From assembly GCA_038496445.1 (NCBI GenBank), contig JALMLS010000334.1:124001-188000 (forward strand): a stretch of 64,000 nt of DNA, written 5' to 3'. Below the pieces are notes generated by a model. It made no database searches. It saw only the letters and a list, made by a program, of their open reading frames with translations, and was not told the origin of the DNA. Origin of the DNA: Trichosphaerium sp. ATCC 40318. Lineage: Eukaryota; Protista; Tubulinea. The translations under genes and the position numbers were made by a program. Position 1 is the first letter of the stretch; every line of letters starts with the position of its first letter. Shown in pieces: positions 12,604-22,730 of the stretch.

Positions 12604-13287
12604 AAAAAAAAAAAAAAAAACAAAAAAAAAACAAAAAAAAAAAAAAAAAAATTTTGCTGGAAAATCCTTTGCAACACAAAGAGGTTGTTGCACTTTTTGA
12701 ACAAAAATAAAACAGCAAAAACTAGTGTCAACCGCATGGTAAAAGCCTATGCCTTTACAAGGCATCTTTACCAAAGAAGAGCACAAACCGAAAAAGCTCA
12801 AAATAAAAAAAATCACTAAAACCATAACTTCGTACTTGTGTCTAAACGAACTCTTTGTAAGTCACAATCGCGTATGCTTTAGCTTTTAAATCGTTTTTGT
12901 CGGTTCAGCCAATTTTAGTTGAGATCACGTTTCGAGCATTAAAAACACCGTTGATAGTGCTTTTAACGCTCGCAGATTTCTCAGTGTTCCGTAGTACGTT
13001 TTTATCAATAAGGACTGGCCATTTATTGCTTTGTGTATTCACTGGCTATAACTGTCGGCTAGAATGCCGTTTAACTACAGTTAATATTGACTCGTTACAA
13101 GACGTAGGTAAATAACACTACAACAGTCTACTTTAAAAGCATATTGAAAGGTTGACAGGCATAAGGATGTTGCTAGCACTACAGTTCCAAATTGTAAATA
13201 AAAAACAGGCCTGGCTCGGCCAGTTAAGCCACAAGCTTTTGTTTTTGAAACTTGGCGCGAAAAACAATTAATACCGCCAATTGCTAG

Positions 13288-16200
13288 ATGGGCTCTATGG
13301 CTGATTTAGCCGCCGTGTGGCCGCCCGTTGTTAATGATTTTGATCAAGTTGTACAAACTACAAAGAAACAGGTTGGTATGGCTTACATAATACTGACACT
13401 AACCAATAATAGAAGAATAGATTGGGTGCGAGCCTGTATAAGAAATTAGTGTACGCGTTTTTTATTTTAGCGGCCTCTAATCGCCTCAAAGAGAGTTCGA
13501 AAACCTTGTAGACATGGAACCAACTGCCGCTACTTGGGTTAAATACGCCGATTGGGCAAGAGAAAACAGTAATGATCCAGAATGGCTTGAACTCCTCCTA
13601 GGACGATGTATTGCGTGCGTTTTTACATTTTGTAGAGTATCTACGCGCGTAATGAACCCGTTTTTGACATTTTTGAAAATACTAACGCTAAACTAGGTTC
13701 ATCGTTGAAGATAGTATTCCAGCAACGCCCTGGTTTTGTCAAGTCTGTATTGAGTGGGTGCGTAGTGAAAAAACGTTTTTTTTATCTTGGCGCTCATTTC
13801 GCTACTAGGCTGGGTTTGCTACTGAAAATACTATGCGACTGACACGCGTTGCGGCTTTATATCGACAAAAGATTGGCATGGACGTCGCTTCACTATACTT
13901 GTCTTGGGCGAAATACCTAGGTAGGTATAATACTACGCGTAGCGAGAAAAAATCAAATCTCAAACAAGTAGACGGAGCATTCGCGTTTTTCACTCAAAAA
14001 AAAAAAAAATCAAAAAAATCATGATTAACACGTGTTTATTTAGAGCTCGCCAATGAACCTGACCAAGCACGATACGTCGTGGAACTAGGTTTAGGTGCTG
14101 GCGCACAACCAACAAGAGATCTAGAAGATAAAAAAGCCAAAAGATTATTGTCTATAAAGCCAGGTGTAATTGTAAACTCGAACACTTTCAAAGATTTGAA
14201 CCCTCTTGATGTCAATGGTCAACGTAGAGATGGTAGACCTGGTCAAGGTCATCGTATAGAAATGCCAGTATATCATAGTTTAATAAAACCTGGTGAGCTT
14301 TTGCTCACACAGAGTTTTGAGGAGTTGCGCGCAATGGTAGGTTCAAACAAGTTCCATTTTTTTTTTTTTTTCGAACAAATTTTTTGAGTTTTCGCGTTTG
14401 CTAGTCCTCTTACGTGCAGCTGACTTATTTATAATAGCGTAAATATGGGACCATTTCATACCCGCCAAAGACTACTTCTGATCCGCTGTTCCCAGAGCAG
14501 CATTTGATGGATCAAGGCACATCTTCAATGGATTTATCTGATTTTGGTGTAAGTTATTCCAAAACGTTTTTGAAGCTATTTAGACGCCTAACTTACTGTT
14601 TTGTAGTTTGAGGATGATGCAGAGTTCTTTGCTGTTAAATTACCTGAAACTAAAGAGAAATCAGTTACAAGGAGCATACCAAAGCCACATCAACCGAAAT
14701 CATCACTTCTAAAGCCTAGGGTAACGCAGAAAGCTCCAGAGAGATCTATAGACTATGATGAAGTAATAAAACCTAAAGTGAAGGCTTTACCGAAACCTAA
14801 GTTTAAAACAACAACTAAAGTAGATTCATCTGTTATAATGGATAGTCTTGTTGTTGGAGGTGAGACAGAAGAGATTGGTGGGTCACAATATTTTGTCATA
14901 AAGAAGTACAAAGATGGAAAGTTTTTATTACGCAAAATAAGTGATCCTCAAGTACGTTTGAATACATCCAAGGATTTTTGTGTCAGAAATTGACAATTTT
15001 TTTTGATTCTCTTATCTTGCACGTCACTTCTTTTTTGTTCTTTTTTGCAATGTATATAAATATTATTTTAAATACGTGACTGCTTTATTTTTCCAAAAGA
15101 AGGTTCTTGTCTCTCAACTCTACATGCTTTCTTGTTTTTTTCTTATTTTTTTTGCGCTGGAATTTCTGTAGTGATTATTTTTTTAGGATTCTCCTGATAC
15201 GTATGCATTGCGTATCAATTGCCATAATCATAGACAGATATTGGATGTATTTTTGATGTCTCTTGCCTCTCCAATGGTGCGTAAACTAGCGTTTTGTGCT
15301 CGTTGGTTCTTGTTGTAACACTTGTCCTTAGCTTCGATTATTTGTTTGCCCAGTCGATTTTATACAGTATGACCCTCATACACACATACAAATTACAGCC
15401 AGAACTCGTGTATCAGTTCGTGTACGTATAAGAGCAATTTGTCTTTAACGTGGAGAAAAATCTTTTGTTTGTGCATTTCACTTGAGTTTTCTTTGTGATT
15501 TTTCGGCCCGTTGGAAATATTCTTGCAATTACCAGTTGAACTTTTCGACCCAACCACTTTCAAAAATCTTTCTTTTGCTAATGGATACGGCCATACAACC
15601 ATGAAAACTCCGTGTCTCTTTCCGAACCGCGAAGATAAGCATGGTATGGCCCTGCCAGTACTTGGGTCCGTGAGGACCAGGGAACGTAGGGTGCTGTATT
15701 CATTTTGCTTTTTTTTTCATTCGCTGGGACGCATAAGGGTTTTTATGGCTTGGTTTCAGCATGTTGTAGTTTGGAGTTATATCCGAGTTTTTTTTATGGT
15801 TGTTTTTGAAATTGTTTTGGTTTTTTTTCGTTTTTTACTAATGATATCTTTGAAGGATATGAAAGAGTCTTGCAACGTTATTATGGAACCATTGGTTATT
15901 TTCTATGCCATTGATATGCTTATGATTGTGAGGGCCCTGCATAAGGCCGGTATGGCGCACAATAACATCAGTCCTGATACTTTATTCATAAGATCTCTAC
16001 CTACAAGTACGATTTCTTGATCAAGCCACAGCTGTCTCTTACTCTGTTATAGTTCCTATGCTTCCTAAATGGTCTAGTGATCTTTTAGAACCATTAAAGG
16101 CAACGACGAGTCACTGGAGAGAGCATGGGCTTCTCCTTGCTGATTTTGATGATGCAACCAATGAAAAAGAAAACTATGTACATTTCTATTATTTTTTGTT

Positions 16201-16637
16201 TGGCTATGCCTGCTGACTAGAGTATTAGGATGACCTTTTGGGTGTTGCATCTACTGTATTCTATCTTATGACAAAGAAGAAACTTGACACAACCTCAAAA
16301 GAGGTCCCTAGACTACCAAAGTACGTACAGACGTAAAACGACTTTCCTTGAATTTTATTAGGATTTTTTTTTTTGTTTTTTCATGAGCTGAAAAACCGCT
16401 CATTGCGTCTATGTTTCCTCGTATCTTATTGCGTTTTATAGGGCTGTACAGAGTGATTTCTGGATAAAATTCTTTGAGCTAATAATCGAGACACGAGGGC
16501 CTGTAAATGAAGTATTAAATCTTCTTTTTGATGGTTTCAAGTCACACTTAAGCAGAAATGCAAAGTTTGTGCGTTTGATTAGGAAGAAGCTATTAGACAT
16601 GTACATGAAATGTAATTTAGTAAATGACACGTTGTAA
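13288..16637 (+). CDS. Bub1/Mad3 (MadBub) family spindle-checkpoint protein with a degenerate kinase domain
   Basis: TPR region WVKYADW...KIGMDVASLYLSWAKYLE...ARYVVELGLGAGAQP; GLEBS-like SFEELRA; Bub-type EPLVIFYAIDMLMIVRALH and W...GLLLADF. Confidence 0.8.
15583..15702 (+). rRNA. 5S rRNA gene, intronic
   Basis: Runs GGATACGGCCATAC...CCGAAC...GAAGATAAGC...AGTAC...GTGA...GGGAAC...GTGCTGTATTC. Helix I, helix II (ACCATG/CATGGT), helix IV (GGTCC-GTGA-GGACC) and helix V all pair; about 120 nt, followed by T tracts. Confidence 0.95.
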
Positions 16638-16789
16638 CATCATCATTTATTGACTGACACGCTTTCCTTTTTTATTCTGGTCCCTGGCCTTCTATTTGAC
16701 GTTTTACTAAACACAACTCGATTTAGCCTAGTTTTTTAGGCCTGGAATTCGAGAGACTAATGCAACATTCTTTTTTTGCCCTTCGCAGG

Positions 16790-19421
16790 ATGGTATCAAG
16801 GTAATCAGCCTTATTAGTATTCGTATTTTGTTTGGAAAGCGTACTGAACGTTCAAAAAATTTATTATAGTTGTTTTTGGAGTTTACTATACCCTAGAAGG
16901 TTTATTTTATCTATTCTTCTCGCGTCTATTGTCTGGGTTAACGCTTGGCCAACAAAAGAACCTTTTTGGCCTCATTACCCAGACAGAAATCTCCAAATTC
17001 TTGATGGCACGTGGTCATTTGCGTACAAGGTAAACTTTTCTTCCCAAAATTCTGAAAAACCGTTTTGGCTTCTTTTCGCGTAACCGGCGTTAGCGACGGA
17101 AAAAACCCAAACCATACTTCTTTACGCTTTCCGGATACTAGTTTGTAAACGACCAAAATTTGACTACAGTTGTTGTCGAAAAGTTGTTCAAAAATCCTTA
17201 GGACAACTTTGATCTTGATAATATATCACCAAGTGCTATCAACACAAATGAGCCTGTTACTGTACCAAACGCTTTTGATGTAGCTCCACCAGGAATACTT
17301 GGAAGACGCGGAACTGCTTTCTATAGAACAACGTTTGACTTACCTCCTGGTAAAAAAGGAATGATTTATTTCTCAGCTTGTTCTTTTTATTGTCATGGCA
17401 CGTGTTGAATGATTATTCATTTAAGTTTGTACTTGTTTTTTGTAAGATAGCTAATTTGGTTAGCGTTTATTGATGGTAAATCAATTGGTGATCATCGCGC
17501 TGGAGGATACCAGCCATTTTGGTTCGAAATTCCAGAAAGTACACAAAAAACACGTGAAATTTTCGTTGCCGTTGACAACCGCTTCAACAAAGAAACAGGT
17601 TCAAAAGTGTACTCATTAATGAGTTGAATCTTATTCTTTAAATAGCTCCTACGCATACTGGAGGAGGTTTCTGGGAATACGGAGGAATAACGCGAAACGT
17701 CATTGTACATGAACTTCCTTCAGATACCTTTATCTTGAGAGTTGAGACTTTCACAGTCAGTATATCAGGGACGATTGACGCAAATGTTATATTCAGTGGT
17801 AGAAATATATCTAAAGCTACAATATCATACAGATTCGATGATGACAAAGAATCACCTACTCAAACAATGACAGTAGCAAACTCAACAATTTCAATCAACA
17901 ACATTAAAGTTCCAAACGCAAAACCTTGGTCTTTGAAAACTCCTAATCTCCATACAATGGACGTATGGCTTCACGATGATAGCGGTAAAAAAATAGACCA
18001 CGTGATAGTAAGGTTCGGATTACGGGTATTGGGAGTAGACAAGGCAACATATCGGTTTACAATCAATGGAAACATCATTAAACTCCACGGTTACAACAGA
18101 CACACGATGTATAACGATACAGGTTCAGCTTTGACTCTCGAACAAGTTCATCAAGATGTCGCTCTTTTAAGAGACTCCGGTGCTAATTATGTGCGTGGTG
18201 CTCACTATCCACAAGACCAGAGATTTTTGGATCTATGTGATGAATATGGTATTGGCACGTTTAGCTACTATTTTGAAAACACTCAGCTGACTTGTTGTTG
18301 TTAGCAATATGGGAAGAAACACTAGGCCCTGGCGTAACCACAAGCGATCTTTTAAACCCTTACTTCATGAAGTACCAAATACAAGCTGTAAATGAGATGA
18401 TTGATGCCTCAGTAAACCATCCCAGTACGCTTTTAAGATACTGATTTTTTATTGGTTTTAAAGACTTGCTAACGCTTTTAAGGTGTTATCTTTCACGGGT
18501 TTTATAATGAGGGTCCTTCTAACGATGCTAAAGCATGCGCTGGATATAAAGCAAGCTCTGATGCTATCAAAGCCAGAGTAGGTTCATCACGTTTTGTCAC
18601 ATGGGCCAACGATCACGGAATGAGTGACGTTTGTATGGAATATGCAGATGTTATCAGTTTCAACAGTTACCCAGCATGGTAAGCAACTTTATTTTTGAAT
18701 AACTGGCTTGGTGTTCTATAACAAATTCTGTCGTTTAGATAACTAACCTGAAGGATAGGTATAACAACTACGGTGATTTGAACTATACAACAATTTATTG
18801 GAATGATCAAGCGACTCAAGTCCATGAGAAACACCCAGGTAAACCTTTTTGTATAAGTGAGACTGGTGCTGGTGGTGTATGGGAATATACAAATACAACA
18901 GCCATTAAATGGAGCCAGCTATACCAAAACGAAGTTGTTAAAAGAGGTACCCTCTGCAGCAAAAAAAAACCTCAACAAAACCGACAAAGTTCTACATGTC
19001 AAAACCTGGTATGGTTTCATACCTTGCCCAGCATTTTATAGTATACGGATAACGTCTTTTCCGTCTTCCTTAACAATAGAATAAGAGCTTGAGTTGTATT
19101 TTTTCTTAGAAGAAGCAAATGTTCACCTTTTTTCTTATTTTACTTGTGTAGATGTAAGTGTTGCTCTTTCTAATGAATATATATCTGGCATTACTGTGTG
19201 GCAGTTCAGTGATATAAAAGCAAACGATGCAAACACAAAAAAGTGTGGACAATGCAAATACATACATAGCTAACACAAATAACTGTGGATATATTGATGT
19301 AACGTGTGGAAGACCAGGAGGAGAGAATCATAAAGGTTCTGTTGATTTTTGGCGTAGGAAAAAAATGGTTTATACATCTGTAAAAAGTTTGTACACTTCA
19401 TTAGACAATGTACTAAGGTAA
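16790..19421 (+). CDS. Secreted/lysosomal GH2 beta-glucuronidase-like enzyme, with an apparent frameshift near 19260
   Basis: Signal peptide; LHGYNRH, VRGAHYPQD...LCDEYGI, NHPSVI...NEG (acid/base), ISETG (nucleophile), NHKG (NxKG motif). Confidence 0.88.
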
Positions 19422-19820
19422 ATATGCATGTTTGAACCATTGTGAGCAGGTGATTTAACACGATCATGTGTAACATTTCGGCAATACATATCATTAATAG
19501 CATGAACACCTTTCAATGCTTTTATAGCTTCATCAGTAACGAAAGTATGCGACAGGTCAATTGTATGAACACCAACCAGTGCTTTAACACCCTCATCTGT
19601 AATTTGTTGGTTATGAGACAGGTTAATTGTATGAACACCAGCCAATGCTTTAACACCTTCGTCAGTTATATAACAGGCCAGTAGGTTAATCAAATGAACG
19701 CCAGCCAATGCTCTAACACCATTGTCAGCGACTAAACTCGTAATGTACTGTGCATTGTAGCATTGGACGAAGTTTGGGGCGGTTTGGCTAAAACCATTTT
19801 TTATTTTTTGGATAATATTT
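19370..19820 (-). pseudogene. Leucine-rich repeat ORF fragment without an ATG
   Basis: Repeats GVHLINLLACYITDEGVKALA / GVHTINLSHNQQITDEGVKALV / GVHTIDLSHTFVTDEAIKALK; no ATG upstream of the repeats and no upstream exon found. Confidence 0.6.
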
Positions 19821-19859
19821 CACTAGTTTATATAAAAGCGAAAATAAATACATCTACTA

Positions 19860-20118
19860 CTAACAGATATTCCTATTGTAATTAATCTTATGAAAGGTTT
19901 TGGCCTCCGCGTTGACATTGGTCCGGGATGGGCGTCTCTTGACTGCTGTTACCTTCGTTACAGTATTTAATCGGGTATTGAAGGATTAAACCTGATTCAG
20001 CAACATTCTACCTTAACTCCGTGGAATGGTGTTCGACAGGCGCTCAGGTAGGGATCTCCGTAACACAGGGACTTTGTGGCACCTTATACTGTCGCATTGT
20101 AATCAATGGACTTTTTTT
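19860..20118 (+). ncRNA. Candidate structured ncRNA of unknown family (TATA upstream, T7 terminator-like run)
   Basis: TATAAAA at 19831; nested stems 19929-37/20038-46, 19944-48/19998-20002, 19969-76/19990-97, 20004-11/20021-28; T7 at 20112-20118; no credible ORF. Confidence 0.45.
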
Positions 20119-20328
20119 GGTTTCAACAAATATTCCTTTGATTTTGACCTTTTTGCTCCAGTCTCTTTATTTCCGTCAACTGCTATATTGGCCTCTAACG
20201 CAAACTTTCTAAAAATTATAACATTTCCAGTTTAAGTGAATAGTGGATACAATACCTAAACTGTATTCAATTTATTTTCTCAGAATATTCTAGCTGACAG
20301 TGTAGTTTATTTTACGAAACAAATCGTA

Positions 20329-20967
20329 ATGACAACAACAGAGATTCTTAACTACGACTGTTACTACTGTATTCTTGAATGCGTTAAAATGAGTAGGCGA
20401 GTATACAAAGCCATAACTGTGGTATGCAGAGCTTGGTACCAAATAGCAGAACAACTTGACCTTGTAACACCAGTTGCCAAAGACTATGCAACCAGTGTCA
20501 TTACACGAAATTATGAAGGCTCAAAGGATTATACAAAGTTCAAAGATGGCATAGATTGGCTAAGGGTTTGCAAGTCCTACAACTCTTTTCGTTATGCACG
20601 TTGCAGCTTTTGTGAAAGTTTTCTTCACAATGATCTTGATAAACCGAATGCAAACACATGTCCACTTTGTGAATGTTATGCGTTTTGCAATGCAGAATGC
20701 TTTTTTAAAGCACGCAGAACACATAAGCACCATTGTGGACATAAGATAAAAGCACCATCATACAACAGGCTTGGTACTGTTTCAATACAGGAACAAAAAA
20801 GCAAAGTGTTTATTGAAGCTGGCAATACAAATATAAAGAGCATTACCTGGTTCAAGGATAGCCAAGAAGTACAGCAAGGTATTAAAAGACGTCAATTTTT
20901 TACTAAGCTCTTTGAACAACGGAAGCTTTTTGTAAGCATGATCTGTGAAATAAACGTGTCACAATAG
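20329..20967 (+). CDS. F-box-like + MYND-type zinc finger protein, intronless
   Basis: LNYDCYYCILE...VVCRAWYQIA; CSFC...CPLCECYAFCNAECFFKARRTHKHHC. Confidence 0.7.
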   Translation: MTTTEILNYDCYYCILECVKMSRRVYKAITVVCRAWYQIAEQLDLVTPVAKDYATSVITRNYEGSKDYTKFKDGIDWLRVCKSYNSFRYARCSFCESFLHNDLDKPNANTCPLCECYAFCNAECFFKARRTHKHHCGHKIKAPSYNRLGTVSIQEQKSKVFIEAGNTNIKSITWFKDSQEVQQGIKRRQFFTKLFEQRKLFVSMICEINVSQ

Positions 20968-21109
20968 AACATAAATGGTGTTAAGAGTCATATTAGTAAA
21001 AAAAAGCGACATCACGACGAATTGTTAGTGCAGTTTGATGTAACGAAACAAATGCCTTAACTTAGTTAAGTTTCTTCCTGTTCTGGTTGTAATCCAATTA
21101 TCTGTAAAG

Positions 21110-22379
21110 ATGAGCTGCGCAAAACAGTATGATATTCCGCGCATTGATTGGAGAACTACTAGTGCAAGCGAGTTTGTTCGAGATTACTATTCGACAGAAA
21201 AGCCTGTAATCATTACAAACGCCATGAATGACTGGAAAGCATTAACTGTAAGCGTTTAGTGTCATTTTTAACGGTTTTTGCGAGTTAGTTAACTGTATTA
21301 GACGTGGAACCTCGATAGCCTTCGAAACCGCCTTGGGAATGTTGTACATACGTTTAAGTATGGTGGAGAACGTATACAGATGACCGTAAAGGATTATATT
21401 GACACAGCAAGGTATACCTTCTGATAAATGCATAAAACGCGTAAAAGCGTTCACTACAACCAATTTAATAAACTGACCATCTTTCAAAGAAGCAACGGCG
21501 AAAAACAGTTTCCTCAATTGCCTAAAGGCTGCTCTGAAAAAATACCTTACATGCGCCACTTTGGTATCTCTAGACGATGTCCTCAAATGCTAGATGAGAT
21601 CGACTTTAGGAAGTTTTTTACTAAAGAAGGTCACGTGTCATTAACGCATTACCTATTCATTGGTGTTCCACCAACCAAGGCATGTTTAATTTGTAACAAA
21701 AAAAAGAACCTTTGCTCACAAACTACTCGAAAACGAGTTATGCGAAGATAAACCCAACTACGCATTTCCATAGTCACATAACAATTTTTTTTCGTCTTAT
21801 CAGCGCATACAGTATACTACCTGTTGCTCCCTGTGCTTGTGGCGCTTGTACTCTTTTTTGTGACTTAGTGGTTGATAGACAAATCCTCATTACGACTACT
21901 CCTCGAATTTCGTATGTATCTTGGACGGAGAAAAGCATCTAGCGTTACTACCACCAGGAGGAGAAAAACAAATGAACGTATCTGACAAAGGTTTGGACCA
22001 TCAATCATTATAATACGAGACTCATTTTATTTTTTAGAGAAAGCAAGGCTTGCAAATTTTGAAGCACTTTATGTGCCTGATCCTGAAGACTTTGATTTTT
22101 CTCCTGGTGGTAAACCACCGATGCATAAACATCCAGTTTTTTGCAACGCACCAGACTTGATGTACTCACCACTAAAGAAAGGTATTTTCATGATTATTTG
22201 TTAGCGCAATTGTTTTTCACATTAATTTTGTTTTCAAAGGTGAAATTGCTTTCATTCCTGGGACGTGGTATCATTATATTCATAATTTGGATGTATCAGT
22301 TAGCCTTACAGTACAAAGCCGACCTGATGAGGATTTTAAAAAAGCATGGAAGATGACACGAACAACAACACACATGTAA
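21110..22379 (+). CDS. JmjC/cupin 2-oxoglutarate oxygenase (JMJD4/5/7/8-like)
   Basis: EFVRDYYSTEKPVIITNAMNDWKA, YLFIG...TNPHYD, GEIAFIPGTWYHYIHNL; one GC-AG intron at 21680. Confidence 0.85.
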
Positions 22380-22730
22380 CTTACATCAATCAATCATATG
22401 TTAGATATCTTTGGGTTCTTATTTGTTATAAAAATATGTCGTTTTAAAAGATAAATTTACGTCCACTAGTGGACTCTTACATTATTCTCTTTTCCGCCAT
22501 AGCCACCAGTTGTTGTTAGTATGAGGTACATAAAGGGTGCCATAGGAAATACAATGTAAATTGTAGACTACGGAATACGTACATGTTGTAATTGGAGTTC
22601 GGTGTCTTATCCACATAAGAGCTTTGTCTACTTTAACAATACTGTTCGGGTCACGTGATTTATTTCTCAGTATGACTTTTCCTGTCAAATTCTGCATTAT
22701 TCAAATCAAACCAAATTGCTGTAAGTTACC

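Noticed and set aside
15511-16020. 169-aa ORF as an independent gene
   Set aside because: It reads through intron and 5S sequence; only the last part is a Bub-like exon
19900-20080. TPP riboswitch, RNase MRP or SRP identity for the structured element
   Set aside because: Fragments such as AACCTGAT, GTAGGGA and AAAGTCCC are present, but the order or required partner motifs are missing
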